Both the position numbers and the translations under genes were made by a program. A stretch of DNA of 30,877 nt, from IMG/VR virus record IMGVR_UViG_3300027863_000126, positions 1 to 30,877 of that record; one strand, written 5' to 3'. The number at the start of each line of letters is the position of its first letter. The stretch's first letter is position 1. A model generated the notes under the pieces. It ran no database searches. It had not been told where the DNA came from and was given only the letters and a program-made list of their open reading frames with translations. Positions 16,753 through 26,790 of this stretch are shown here, piece by piece. The stretch comes from a virus (taxonomy: Duplodnaviria > Caudoviricetes).

Positions 16753-18377
16753 ATCGTGTTGCTCATCTGGAATTGAACGTCCGAACCGGCATAGAGGACT
16801 TCCGAAGATGCCGGGACAAGCTGCACCGCGGCGCTGACGCTGTAGCCAATGGCCGCCACGTTGGCCCACCGGCTGCGGGTCTTGAAAACGCCGCCGTCAG
16901 AGCCGCCCCATTCCGCGGCGTACCATTCCGAGGCGCCCCACTCGGCTAGGTTGGGCATGGACATGCTCCCGGAAAGGACAATCTGGGTCGTCACGCCGCG
17001 CGGGTTGTTGTCCACGGAAAGCCCGATGGAAAGCTGCGGGTTGGCCGTGCTGGCGACATAGGGGCGCATGAGCGTATAGCGCTTCTTGGACCCCTTGCCC
17101 CCGGCGAAAACAAAGGCCTGCTGCACAAGGGCGATGATGTTCGTGTCCGTGAAGGTCCATTCCGAGTAGTCGCCGTTGGGCGTGGCAACCGTGTCGAACC
17201 ATGCCGTGGTGTCCAGGCGCTGCACCACGTCCGAGAGCCCGGCCAGGATGTCCCCGCCCGTCTCCAGGAGGCACCGCACGGTGTCCCACCCCTCGATGAC
17301 GCCCCAGGCGCTCGTTTTCGGGTTATAGACGAACTGCTGAAACCCAATCCCCGTAGGGAAGTTGATCAGCAGGAGGCCCCTGCGGTGGTAAATGCAGGCC
17401 TGCCACCCGAAATAGTCGGCGTACTTCCGGGTCAGTGCGGCCCAGGTGGGCTGAATCTTCTCCGTGGCGGCCTTGGACAGCCCGGCCAGTTCGTTGGAGA
17501 GCATGGAGGCCACACCGGCCACGCCCTGCTCGGTCAGGATGATCAGGTCCCCGCCGTATTTGACCATCGAGCGCTTGCTCATCGGCTTGGCGAACTGGAA
17601 GCGCCCAACCATGGCCCAGGTGTCCGCGCTGGACGGGTCGCGCCCCTTGAAACTGACCGCCTCGCCCTCGCTGGTGACGGCAATGAAGTAGTCATCCGGG
17701 CCATACCCGCCGTCCACGGTGACGTTGCCCACCATGATGACCTCGCCGCCGCGCTCCAGGTAGGCCCCCAGCGGGATGGGATGCGCCACGCCCTGCACGG
17801 CGTCCAGGTCCAAGTAGTAGATGGTCAGGCTGCCCGGGACGCACAGGAACAGGCGGTTCTGGTAGACGCAGACGTTGTGGGGGTGCCAGGTCACCGGGTT
17901 GGTGTCGGCATCCGTCAGCGCGGCCTGGGTCCAATCCGTCCCGTCGAAGTAGTAGGGGGCATCGGTGCCATTGCAGCACCAGAGGAACGTCCCGCCGTTG
18001 TTGCTGATGTTGACCCACTGGAACTGCGGAGAAACCAGGCCCCCGACAACCTCCACCGGGGCGGTCACGGTGCTTTCCACGATGGAATAGATGGAGGTCC
18101 CGGCGCAGGCGAAAAGCTGCTCCGTGGTGCCGTCCATGTAGGCCATGAGCGTGTCCACGTCCCCAATCTGGCCGATGGTGTAGGGAGTACTTCCGCCGCG
18201 AACCATCAAGCCGTTTTCCATCGGGAAATAGTTGCTCATGCTGACCGCGTACTTCTGGTCCATGGTTCCGTGCGCGTCCACGGTGTTCAAGCCACCTACG
18301 GGCGCGGGGATGAACACGGAGCCACCACGGCGCTGCGCGGCGTTCTTGGCAAAGGTCAGGTTGCGGCGGACAGGCAT
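16749..18377 (-). CDS. Tail nozzle / packaged-DNA stabilization protein (P22 gp10-like)
   Basis: PAPVGGLN N-terminus, beta-propeller-like composition, YQNRLF, KRYTLMRP; follows the adaptor. Confidence 0.8.
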   Translation of the reverse strand: MPVRRNLTFAKNAAQRRGGSVFIPAPVGGLNTVDAHGTMDQKYAVSMSNYFPMENGLMVRGGSTPYTIGQIGDVDTLMAYMDGTTEQLFACAGTSIYSIVESTVTAPVEVVGGLVSPQFQWVNISNNGGTFLWCCNGTDAPYYFDGTDWTQAALTDADTNPVTWHPHNVCVYQNRLFLCVPGSLTIYYLDLDAVQGVAHPIPLGAYLERGGEVIMVGNVTVDGGYGPDDYFIAVTSEGEAVSFKGRDPSSADTWAMVGRFQFAKPMSKRSMVKYGGDLIILTEQGVAGVASMLSNELAGLSKAATEKIQPTWAALTRKYADYFGWQACIYHRRGLLLINFPTGIGFQQFVYNPKTSAWGVIEGWDTVRCLLETGGDILAGLSDVVQRLDTTAWFDTVATPNGDYSEWTFTDTNIIALVQQAFVFAGGKGSKKRYTLMRPYVASTANPQLSIGLSVDNNPRGVTTQIVLSGSMSMPNLAEWGASEWYAAEWGGSDGGVFKTRSRWANVAAIGYSVSAAVQLVPASSEVLYAGSDVQFQMSNTI

Positions 18378-18427
18378 TATTTATCTTCTCCAGACTGTTT
18401 TCCTAAAAACACAGGTGAAGAATACAG

Positions 18428-19174
18428 TTACGACCCCGATCCGGTCACGTTCATGACACCGGCGATAATGGCGCGGTTGCTTCTGGCATCGTCAGCCTGT
18501 TCCGTAGCCGAAAGGATGGTGCGCGTGCCCTCGCGGCTGGTGTACTGTTCCAGCGCGTGGGTGTAGTCCAGGGCCTCCTGCTCGTAGGGCAGCCCGTTCC
18601 GGGACAGCCAACGCCAGATGAGGCCCAGGGTCAGAACGCGCTCCGGCAGAAGGGTGGTGTCGTTGTCGTTCTCGAACTTTTCCTTGTACGTCACCCCGTC
18701 AGCGTCCAGGACCCAATACCGGCTCTGGTAGCGCAGTTTGAGGGTCTGGCTGGTGTACGTCGGGCGCGAGGTCCACAGGTGGCCGCCCTCTATCCAGTAG
18801 TACCAAGCGGCGCCCTGGACCTTGTATGCCTCCAGGCTGGTGCGCTGCTGGGGGGAAAGCGGGCCCAGGAGCTTGAACGGCTGGTTCGCCAGCCAAATGG
18901 TGTCGTCCAGGATGTAGAGATACCCGGGGCAGATGGTTTCAATGGCCCCCTGGTCCGTGGCGGCGCTGCCGCTGGTCGAAGCAACGGCAGCCCGCTCCAC
19001 GGATTTCGTCATGACCTGCCAGGGGTAGTTGGCCGCGAGGTGCTGGCCTTCCTTGTTGAGCAGGCTCACCATCTGGACCACGGTGGAGTCCGTGTTGCCC
19101 GAAATGAACGTCGGGGGCGTCCCCACGTTGGAGAGTTCAGAGACAACGTCCTGGATGATGGTGAGCAGGCTCAT
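18428..19174 (-). CDS. Head-tail adaptor protein
   Basis: MSLLTIIQDV...LLPERVLTLGLIWRW...GLPY pattern; position before the nozzle. Confidence 0.75.
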   Translation of the reverse strand: MSLLTIIQDVVSELSNVGTPPTFISGNTDSTVVQMVSLLNKEGQHLAANYPWQVMTKSVERAAVASTSGSAATDQGAIETICPGYLYILDDTIWLANQPFKLLGPLSPQQRTSLEAYKVQGAAWYYWIEGGHLWTSRPTYTSQTLKLRYQSRYWVLDADGVTYKEKFENDNDTTLLPERVLTLGLIWRWLSRNGLPYEQEALDYTHALEQYTSREGTRTILSATEQADDARSNRAIIAGVMNVTGSGS

Positions 19175-19180
19175 TCGTTT

Positions 19181-19777
19181 CTACTCCTTGGACTTGGGGC
19201 GGCCCGGACCGCGCTTGCCCGTGTCTTCATGGGCCATCGCGGCAAGCTGCTCCTGCATGGCCTTCAGGGCTTCGGCCTGCTCGGCAAGCTGCCCCTTGAG
19301 GGCCTGGTTCTCGTCCTCCAGGCGGCCAACGCTGGAAATGGCCTTCCCGGCGCGCTCGTCCAGCCACGCCTTAGCCTGGGAGCGCATGGCGCTCGCGTTC
19401 ATGCCCAGCGGGGCCAGGATGCCGTCAGAGGCGGCGGCCAGGGCTTCCACCGAGGCGATGCCGACGCCCCGCAAATTCGCCACCTGGGCCGGGGTGATCC
19501 ACGCCATGATCTCCAGCGGGGTGCCATCGGCCATCGTCTGGCCGGACAGCCACGCGTTGAGCTGGGGCATCCAGTTGACGCGGATTTCGTTGGGGACGCG
19601 AGCCAAGAAAGCGGCCTCCGTCTCGTCCTTGCGCGGGCCCATGAACTGGAACCGGATGTTCGAGTACTTGTCGATCTGAATCAGGGCGTCGATGCCCTCG
19701 CCGAACATCGGCTTCCCGGCCTCGATGGTGGCCTTGGGGTCCTGGACCGGGCACTTGGAAAACTGAATCATAGCCAT
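19181..19777 (-). CDS. Hypothetical structural-module protein with HhH-like segment, coiled coil and AT-hook-like tail
   Basis: GTPLE...GIASVEALAA...; C-terminal KRGPGRPKS. Confidence 0.7.
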   Translation of the reverse strand: MAMIQFSKCPVQDPKATIEAGKPMFGEGIDALIQIDKYSNIRFQFMGPRKDETEAAFLARVPNEIRVNWMPQLNAWLSGQTMADGTPLEIMAWITPAQVANLRGVGIASVEALAAASDGILAPLGMNASAMRSQAKAWLDERAGKAISSVGRLEDENQALKGQLAEQAEALKAMQEQLAAMAHEDTGKRGPGRPKSKE

Positions 19778-19858
19778 GTCGTTCTTCCTTTGCTGGCCCC
19801 TTCCGGGGTGCTTTGGTCGGGGAGGGGAGACTGCCCCCCCTCCCCTTGTTCATAGACG

Positions 19859-20371
19859 CTAGGCGGTCTGGCCCTGGAGGGTCGGGTGCTGGAGGTTCGT
19901 CTTGACCATGGCCGTGCCGCTGGAGATGGTCACGGCCTCGGCAAAGACGACGCCCAGGATCTGCTTGCCGTTGGCCGCAAAGGCGGACGCAACGCCAGCG
20001 TTGCTCGACAGGTAGGCCTTGCCGTTGTCCGCGGTGTTGTTCGCATCGCAGAGCATGGAGGCCAGGCCGTTCACGATGAACCAGCCGTATTCCGAGGCGG
20101 CCAGGGTGGCGCAGGCCACGCAGGCGCCGCGGGCCTGGTTGGCGGTCGAAGCGGCCTTCGTGGCAACGTAGTTGTCGAAGACGCAGATGTTGCCGGCCGT
20201 CACGCCCGAGCTGTCGGCCTGGAGATAGACCGCTTCCACCTCGCCGCTCGGGGTCTTGAAGTTGAGCCGGGTGCCGAGGGGGCAGATGGCGTCGGCGTCA
20301 GCCTGCGAGAGCGGGCCGATACCGGCGCGCCCCTCGGTGTTGTAGGAGCCGGTCAGGGTGATGGTGCTCAT
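19859..20371 (-). CDS. Capsid decoration/cement-like protein
   Basis: Directly after the capsid gene; PLGTR...AVYLQA...YGWFIVNG pattern. Confidence 0.6.
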   Translation of the reverse strand: MSTITLTGSYNTEGRAGIGPLSQADADAICPLGTRLNFKTPSGEVEAVYLQADSSGVTAGNICVFDNYVATKAASTANQARGACVACATLAASEYGWFIVNGLASMLCDANNTADNGKAYLSSNAGVASAFAANGKQILGVVFAEAVTISSGTAMVKTNLQHPTLQGQTA

Positions 20372-20386
20372 GATTGCTGTTCCTCC

Positions 20387-21391
20387 CTAGGACGCGCTGT
20401 CGTACAGGACGCCCTGCATGAAACGGTTGCTGACGGTCATGTTGCCCATCCACAGCAGGGGCACGATGGTGGCGTCCTGGTTCACGGACACCTTGTCCTC
20501 CATCGGGGTCCACTGGGCGTCCGGGTGCTCCACCAGCTTCAGGTACTTCGTGTTCAGGAAGTACGCGGTCTTGGCGGGCATGATGGGGGTCACGCCGTCC
20601 GGGGCCAGGGTCTGGTCGAAGAACACATCGGCGGACTTGTACTTGAGGGTCTGGAAGCCCTGGGCTCCCTCGTTGGCCGAGGCGTAGCGCTGGAGGACCT
20701 GAAGGCTCTCCTCGTAATACTCGTAGAAGGTCGGATCCATCAGGATGAAGTCCGGCACTTCGGCGCCGCGGGTGAGCTTCAGCCACATCTGGTTCATGTA
20801 CGTCCGCATGTTGTCCTTGGAAGGGGTCACGGACGCGCCGCCGGGGCCAGCGGTGTTGAAGTTGATGACCTTGTTCCTCCAGAAGGCCCAAGTGTTGCCG
20901 TCGATGCCGCCCACGGTGTTGGTGGGGGTCGTGGCGACGATGAGCTGGAGGCCGCCGATCTGGTTGGTCAGGGTGCCGGCGGAGTACATGTCGCGGTTCA
21001 TGGCGTTGGCGGCGGTGGCGATGGCGTTGTCCACGCGGGACTTCACCAGGTCGAACACGCGTTCCTTGGAGCCCTTGTTGATCCGCTCTTCACGGCCCGA
21101 GTAAGTGACGTGAACGGCGGCCTGCATCCACAGGAACTCGGCCGCGGTGAACACGGTGGACGGGCTGACGTTCAGCACGTCGTAGCCGGAGAAACGCTGG
21201 AAGGTGGCGTTCTCGGCGTAGTCCAGGTTTTCCACGATGGTGGTACCGCCGGACACGGTCCGCATGTTGCCCTTCTCGCGCATGCGGCGATACAGGGCGT
21301 TGTGCTGGCCGATGTTGTCAGCGATTTCCTTCTTGCGGCTCTTGAGAGTCGCAACGGTCAGTTCGGTGAAGAGACTGTTCGGGGCAGTCAT
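20387..21391 (-). CDS. Major capsid protein
   Basis: 334 aa after the scaffold; IADNI...NAL...SGG-TI...SGYDVL...GLQ...VGGID...YFLNTKYL...GNMTVSNR; strong codon bias; AAGGAG RBS. Confidence 0.88.
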   Translation of the reverse strand: MTAPNSLFTELTVATLKSRKKEIADNIGQHNALYRRMREKGNMRTVSGGTTIVENLDYAENATFQRFSGYDVLNVSPSTVFTAAEFLWMQAAVHVTYSGREERINKGSKERVFDLVKSRVDNAIATAANAMNRDMYSAGTLTNQIGGLQLIVATTPTNTVGGIDGNTWAFWRNKVINFNTAGPGGASVTPSKDNMRTYMNQMWLKLTRGAEVPDFILMDPTFYEYYEESLQVLQRYASANEGAQGFQTLKYKSADVFFDQTLAPDGVTPIMPAKTAYFLNTKYLKLVEHPDAQWTPMEDKVSVNQDATIVPLLWMGNMTVSNRFMQGVLYDSAS

Positions 21392-21406
21392 GGTTTTTCT
21401 TGCTCC

Positions 21407-22588
21407 TTATGCGCCCTGGTGCTTGTTCCAGACCGCTTCCATGGCCTCTTGGGCCGTCATTTTTTCAAAGCCACTGGCCGGGCCGCCCGGGTTCGGACGC
21501 AGCCCAGCCGCTTTCCTGGCCCTGTCGGACCGTGACTTGAACTCGGCAACGCGCTTCTCTTCACGTCTCTTGAACTCCGCTTCCCGAGTCCCGGGATGGG
21601 CGAAAACGGCCGTGTCGTAGGCGCGCTGCATCAGTTCAGGGGTCAGGCCTTCGGGCCCCACATTGGCGCGGAGCCAGCGTCCCATGGCTTCGCCCACAGC
21701 TTCGGCGTGTTCGCCGTGGAGGTGCGGGTAAAGATGGTTGCCGGTCGCGTCCTTGGCCTCCGTGAAGCCAACGACCGTGTGCGCGATGCGCTGGACAGCA
21801 TGCTGCTGCTGCGCGGCAACGGCGGCCTCTTCGGATTCATTTTCCCGCCTTGCGACAACGGCGCGAAGCTGGGCCAGTTCTCGCTGCAGGGCGCTCATCT
21901 GCGGGTTCTGCTCCTGGCCGTTTTCGGCCTGAGGAATCTGACCCGGGTCGAGGCCCCACTGTGCAAGCCACTGGCTGATCTGCCGCATGCCTTCGGCGGG
22001 GTTGGTGATGAGGGTGCGCTTGATGCCGATCAGGTCCCGGATTTCGGCGGCGATGGCCTTGGGGTTGCCCGCCAGCCGAGTGCCGTCCGGCATCTGGAGC
22101 GTCTTGAAAAATTCCTGGGTTTCGGGGTCCGCCAGGACGTGGCCGATGGGCTCCATGACGCGCGCGAAGTTGCGGGCCTCAAGAGAATCCTTGGCCAACT
22201 GCTCGACCTGGGAAGCCCTGCGGACCAGGGCGGCCTTCACCTCGGGCGGCGCAGCGTCCCAGGCGGCCTTTTCTTCCTTGGTCCAGGTGTTGGGGGCGGG
22301 GATCGCCGTGGAAGCGTCAGGAGCGGCCTTTCCGGCTTCGTCCTGGCCCTTCTGATCGGCGGCGGCATCCGGCTTCTGGCCCTCGGGCTTGCCTTCAACT
22401 GCTCCCGGCTGCTCCTTGTCGGCAGCGGGGGTGTCCTCGGCCTCGCCCTGGTGCTTCTCCCAGATGTCCTCAAGAGCGGTGTCCGCACCCTGAGGCTGCT
22501 CTTCCTTCTCGGAAGCGGCGGCCTGGGTTTCGGCGGACGCGCTGGCCTGGGCCTCAAGCTCAGGTGCGCTGTTCAGTTCATCGGGCAT
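21407..22588 (-). CDS. Scaffolding protein
   Basis: Acidic low-complexity N-terminus, PAPNTWTKEEKAAW motif, YPH...RAYDTAV; between portal and capsid; CAGGAG RBS before ATG 22588. Confidence 0.8.
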   Translation of the reverse strand: MPDELNSAPELEAQASASAETQAAASEKEEQPQGADTALEDIWEKHQGEAEDTPAADKEQPGAVEGKPEGQKPDAAADQKGQDEAGKAAPDASTAIPAPNTWTKEEKAAWDAAPPEVKAALVRRASQVEQLAKDSLEARNFARVMEPIGHVLADPETQEFFKTLQMPDGTRLAGNPKAIAAEIRDLIGIKRTLITNPAEGMRQISQWLAQWGLDPGQIPQAENGQEQNPQMSALQRELAQLRAVVARRENESEEAAVAAQQQHAVQRIAHTVVGFTEAKDATGNHLYPHLHGEHAEAVGEAMGRWLRANVGPEGLTPELMQRAYDTAVFAHPGTREAEFKRREEKRVAEFKSRSDRARKAAGLRPNPGGPASGFEKMTAQEAMEAVWNKHQGA

Positions 22589-22709
22589 GAAAGCCTTCTC
22601 CTGTGGCTTCCACACCCCCCGCATGCGGTGTTACCCCGATTTAAGCCGTGGGCAGGGGGTCGGGGGTTCCCCTTTTCGGATGTACGGTCCTAGCCCACGG
22701 AAATGTCTG

Positions 22710-22997
22710 CTACCGGTGGCGCTCAACCTCTCTCAAGGTCAGCCCATCGGTCGGCTTCTTCCAGTACCGCCGGGCATCGGCGGCCATTTCCTTGGCCTCG
22801 CGGGCGTCCACGCACCCGGCGGCCTTCATGTCATAGTCCCGCTTGGCCCAGGTGGTGATGGCCTCGCCGGTGATGGGGCTTTCATAGGAGATATTCGGGT
22901 GCTTCATGACCACCTGGAGCCCCAGCCCCTCGTTGCACTCCAGGGAAACCTCTTCCATCTTCCCCGTGGCCTCGTTGTAGCGGTAGCGCCTACGCAT
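22710..22997 (-). CDS. Conserved hypothetical protein downstream of portal
   Basis: MRRRYRYNEATGKMEEV...YESPITGEAITT...MKAAGCVD; GGAG RBS. Confidence 0.7.
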   Translation of the reverse strand: MRRRYRYNEATGKMEEVSLECNEGLGLQVVMKHPNISYESPITGEAITTWAKRDYDMKAAGCVDAREAKEMAADARRYWKKPTDGLTLREVERHR

Positions 22998-25161
22998 GCT
23001 GGAATCTCCCCATCGCGTTGTCCACGTACTGGCCGGGGGCAAACGCGCTCTCAAGTCTGCGCTGGCGCAGTTCCTCGGCCCGCAAGGCCAAGTCGCCCTC
23101 GGCAATCTGCTGGTCCCCGGCAACTTCCTGGGCCTTGATCTGCATTTCCTGGCCCTTCTGCTTCAACTGGCCCTTCAGGTCGTTATTTTCCCGCTCCAGG
23201 ACCTTCATTTTCTTTTCCAGCGGGTTGCCGCTGGCAAGCTGGCCCTCGAACTCGTCGAACATCTGCCCCAACTCGTTGGCAAGCGGAGTTTTGCGGATCG
23301 CGGCCCCCAGCATCATGACAGCCATCTTCTGTGGCACAATACCCTTCTCCACGCCCGGGATGAGCTGGGCCATCAGGCCGCCGATCATCTGCATGGACTC
23401 GCCAAGGGCCTTGGCCTCGGCCTGCTGGTTCGGGGCAATCGTGCTGTCCGTCTCGATGTCCACCCGGTAGGACCGCAACAGGTCGTCCTTCATGACCTTC
23501 TGAATGTCGTCCCAGGAGGGCTGATTCAGCACGGCCTGGGCCTGCTGGATCTTCTGCGCCACGTCCTGCCCGGGCTGCTGGCCCGTCATCTGCGCCTGAT
23601 ACGCGGCGGCCTGGGCCTGCTGGATCTTCTGCGCCACGTCCTGCCCGGGCTGCTGGCCCGTCATCTGCGCCTGATACGCGGCGGCCTGGGCCTGCTGGAT
23701 CGCGGCCTGGGCAGTCGCTTTGTCCGCTGCTGTCGGGTACTTGCTGGAGGTCATGGCGGCCCACGTCTCGACCTGGAAGTGCTCGGCCATGATCTCGGCA
23801 GCGATCTCCAGGGTGTCACGGAAAAACCGCTGCACCTCGCGCTTCATGCCGTCCACTCGGGAAGCGCCCCAAGAGGCCTTCAGTTGCTGGGCCGTGGCCG
23901 TCTCATTGGGGTTCGTTGACCCGCGCAGCACATCGGAAATGCCCGTGATCTCGTAAATCGTCTGCTTGGTGGCCTCGCGGCTCTCGTAGAGCCGGGCCAG
24001 GACCATCTGCGCCTCATTGAGCGGCATGGTGAAGATGGCGCCAGCCAGGCCACCCTTCTCGACGTAGGCGAGGGCCTTGTCTGTGGGCACCATGTCCCCG
24101 TCTTTGGCTTCGGAGAACAGCCGGGCCAGGTCCGCGCCAAGGGTCGCGTCATACAACCCCCGGAACTTGATCACGCTCACCATTTTGTTGATGCGGTAGG
24201 TGATGCGGTCCAGTTCCTTGGCCTGCTCCTGGTACTGCATGTAAATCGGCTTGGGCATCAGGCTGCCGGGATGCTCCACGGCCAGCATGGGCCGCGCCAC
24301 GGGCCAGAAGCCCTTGAGTTCCAGCGGGGGCGGAGTCTTGAGCATGATCTTGTCAATGCCCTTGCTGACCCAGATCACGGTCTTGGTGCGGGAATCCCAC
24401 ACCTCCCAGACCTTGGCCCGCTTGTCGCGTTCCGTGGTGCTCTGGGAGTCGTAGGACGCCAGCCGCCCGTCATCGTCCTGCCCATCGTCGCGGGGCTGCT
24501 CGTACTTCAGGTCCTCGGCAAAGGCCGGGAACAGTTTCTGGGCGTCTTCCTTGGTCACGCGATGCCGGAACGCCACCCAATCCACGTTTTCCCAGCAGGT
24601 GGCGTCAGAGTGCAAGAAATCGTCCCAGGGGACGTTCTCAAACTGGATAGCCTCGTTGGCGATGCGCTCCACCGGCTTGCCCTCGGCGTCCACCATGGGC
24701 AGCCCGTCGGCGTCGGACACGGGCTCCAGCTTCGGGACGTAGCGCACACGGACCACGGAACGGCCAGGGAGCAGGTAATCCAGCACCGTGCGGCGGCCCA
24801 CCACGTCAAACCCTGCCGTGTCGATTACATAGGTCAACCCGCGGTCCATAAGCTCGGCCACGGCCAGGGCAACCGGGTCCTTCGTCTCCCAGCGCTGGCG
24901 CACGTCCGGCTTGGGAGGGATGTTGTAGATGGCCTGCCGCAGGACCTCGGTGTTGCTCCACAGGATGTTGAAGCGCCCTTCGCGCTGGTTTTCCTCGCCC
25001 TCCAGCATGTAGCGCTTGAGGGTCGTGCGGGCGTCCTTCCTCCAGTTCTTCTCGCGCTTGGCGGCTGCCTCGATCTCGGCCAGCCACGGCTCGGAAGGCC
25101 CGAACTCGGGCTTTTCGCTGGGCGCGCTCACGTCCTGGGGCTTGTCCTGGGCTTCCTGCAT
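22990..25161 (-). CDS. Portal protein
   Basis: ~723 aa after TerL; FNILWSN, WVAFRH, VWEVWD, IYEITGISDVLRG, ETATAQQLK, YRVDIETDSTI; long Gln-rich helical C-terminus. Confidence 0.88.
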   Translation of the reverse strand: MQEAQDKPQDVSAPSEKPEFGPSEPWLAEIEAAAKREKNWRKDARTTLKRYMLEGEENQREGRFNILWSNTEVLRQAIYNIPPKPDVRQRWETKDPVALAVAELMDRGLTYVIDTAGFDVVGRRTVLDYLLPGRSVVRVRYVPKLEPVSDADGLPMVDAEGKPVERIANEAIQFENVPWDDFLHSDATCWENVDWVAFRHRVTKEDAQKLFPAFAEDLKYEQPRDDGQDDDGRLASYDSQSTTERDKRAKVWEVWDSRTKTVIWVSKGIDKIMLKTPPPLELKGFWPVARPMLAVEHPGSLMPKPIYMQYQEQAKELDRITYRINKMVSVIKFRGLYDATLGADLARLFSEAKDGDMVPTDKALAYVEKGGLAGAIFTMPLNEAQMVLARLYESREATKQTIYEITGISDVLRGSTNPNETATAQQLKASWGASRVDGMKREVQRFFRDTLEIAAEIMAEHFQVETWAAMTSSKYPTAADKATAQAAIQQAQAAAYQAQMTGQQPGQDVAQKIQQAQAAAYQAQMTGQQPGQDVAQKIQQAQAVLNQPSWDDIQKVMKDDLLRSYRVDIETDSTIAPNQQAEAKALGESMQMIGGLMAQLIPGVEKGIVPQKMAVMMLGAAIRKTPLANELGQMFDEFEGQLASGNPLEKKMKVLERENNDLKGQLKQKGQEMQIKAQEVAGDQQIAEGDLALRAEELRQRRLESAFAPGQYVDNAMGRFQHA
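23532..23701. repeat. Exact 75-bp tandem duplication inside portal
   Basis: cggcctgggcctgctggatc at 23532, 23607 and 23682 with identical intervening sequence. Confidence 0.95.
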
Positions 25162-25162
25162 G

Positions 25163-25267
25163 TCAGACTCCCAAAATCTTATCGAGGACCGCGCCAATCA
25201 CGGCAGAACCGACACGGACGGCCACATACCCGGCCACGAACAGGCCGATGAGGCCCCAGATTGTCAT
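25163..25267 (-). CDS. Tiny single-TM protein (34 aa), not in the ORF track
   Basis: MTIWGLIGLFVAGYVAVRVGSAVIGAVLDKILGV*; ATGA overlap with the TerL stop; ends 1 nt before the portal ATG. Confidence 0.55.
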   Translation of the reverse strand: MTIWGLIGLFVAGYVAVRVGSAVIGAVLDKILGV

Positions 25268-26790
25268 TGCTCGGCCCCCCTGCGGCGGCTCTTGAAGTGC
25301 TGCTCAAACAGCGCCTTGGCCGTGGGCCGCGCCTCGGCTTCAGCCCAGGCGTCCACGCGCCCGGACAGGGGCACCGCGGGCTTCGGGACCTCGGCAGGAA
25401 CCATGCTGTCCAGGAGGCGGCAGAGCAGGGCCATGGCGTCCACCTGATCGTCATGCCTCCCGGCCGGGAAAGTCAGCAGTTCAGAAATCAGGTCCGAAAC
25501 CCACGGGCAATTCTCCGGCCGAGGCAGGAAAATCTTGCCCATCTGGAGCCGCGCCTGGAGGCTGCGGGCCCGGGTCGGCTTGTCCACCGCGCTGGTGAAC
25601 TGCTTCCTGTACGTCCCGTAAAGGCGCTCCTCAGCCAGCCGCTTGTTGATGATGGGCCCCATGCTCTTGAGGATCACGCCCGCCTCTTCCGCCCAGACCT
25701 GGGGCTGATAGATGCGGAGCATGGCCAAAAACTGCTCAACCCACTCCAGGCTGTCCGTCTGGCCGCGCCACAGGTCCACCAGGTACAGATTGTCCTCGGG
25801 GTCGGTCCCGGCCAGGGCATGCACGGTCCAGTCGCCCCCGTCCGCGGTCACGGCGTAGTCGCTGGCCCCGTAGTAGCGCAGATGCTCCGGCAGCTTGTCG
25901 TAGAACTGGAGCCAATCCCGCTTGAAGTACGCGCCTTCCTCGGGTGCCGGGCGCTGCTGGTACAGTGCGCTCCATGTCCGTGGCATGCGCTTCACGTTCT
26001 CGAAATCTTCGGGCCGGAACCACTCGGGCCAGAGCATCTGCCCCATCTTGCGGCCCAAGGGGTCGTCCGCGCTCTCGCACTCGGCAGGGATGCTCACCAC
26101 TTCCCAGGCCTCGCCACCGGCCTGCATGTCGGCCAGGAGCCGCCCGGCCAGGTCGTCCTCATGCCAGCGCGTCATGATGAGCACGATGGACCCGCCGGGC
26201 TTCAAGCGCGTGTGCAGGTCTTCCAGGTACCAATCCCACGTCTTGTTGCGCATGGTCTGGCTGTCGGCTTCCTCGCGGCCCTTCACGGGGTCGTCCACCA
26301 CGATGAGGTCCGCGCGGTTGCCCGTCACGGCCCCGCCAACGCCAACGGCCATGTACTCGCTGCCGTTCTCCAGCCACCAGCTATCCGCAGCCTTGACGCT
26401 CGGGCTCACCCCGAACCCGAACACGCTGCGATAGGCGGGGCTGGACGCGATGGCGCGGGACCGTCTGCCCCACTTGGCCGCGAAGTCGCCCGTGTGGGTC
26501 GCCAGGATGGCGCAAAGCCCCTCCTGCCGCCCAAGGAACCACGGCACAAAGCGCCCGTTGGCATAGGTGCTTTTGGCCGAGCCAGGCGGCAGGAACAGCA
26601 TCAAGCGCTTGGTCTTCCCGTCCGCCACGTCCTGGAGCTTCTGGACGATGAGCGCATGGTGTTTGGCAAGCCGCCAGCTCGGGAAGGTGAGCGCCAGGAA
26701 CGCCCGATACTCATCCCGCCCGCGGGCGCAAGCCGCTTGCAGGATGGCGTTGGCCGCCTGGGCCTTGTTCACGCTGGGCATGCCGGTCAC
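25264..26790 (-). CDS. terL: Terminase large subunit
   Basis: Walker A variant LPPGSAKST, GVGGAVTGNRADLIVVDDP, IMTRWHEDDLAG, LYQQRP, FPAGRHDDQVDA; start at GTG 26790 or ATG 26781. Confidence 0.95.
   Translation of the reverse strand: MTGMPSVNKAQAANAILQAACARGRDEYRAFLALTFPSWRLAKHHALIVQKLQDVADGKTKRLMLFLPPGSAKSTYANGRFVPWFLGRQEGLCAILATHTGDFAAKWGRRSRAIASSPAYRSVFGFGVSPSVKAADSWWLENGSEYMAVGVGGAVTGNRADLIVVDDPVKGREEADSQTMRNKTWDWYLEDLHTRLKPGGSIVLIMTRWHEDDLAGRLLADMQAGGEAWEVVSIPAECESADDPLGRKMGQMLWPEWFRPEDFENVKRMPRTWSALYQQRPAPEEGAYFKRDWLQFYDKLPEHLRYYGASDYAVTADGGDWTVHALAGTDPEDNLYLVDLWRGQTDSLEWVEQFLAMLRIYQPQVWAEEAGVILKSMGPIINKRLAEERLYGTYRKQFTSAVDKPTRARSLQARLQMGKIFLPRPENCPWVSDLISELLTFPAGRHDDQVDAMALLCRLLDSMVPAEVPKPAVPLSGRVDAWAEAEARPTAKALFEQHFKSRRRGAEQ

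Noticed and set aside
19796-19846. Hairpins after the cement gene as a terminator
   Set aside because: Stems are present (GGGGAGGGG/UCCCCUCCC; CCCC-GGAA-GGGG) but there is no U tract on the coding strand; at most a stability or pausing element
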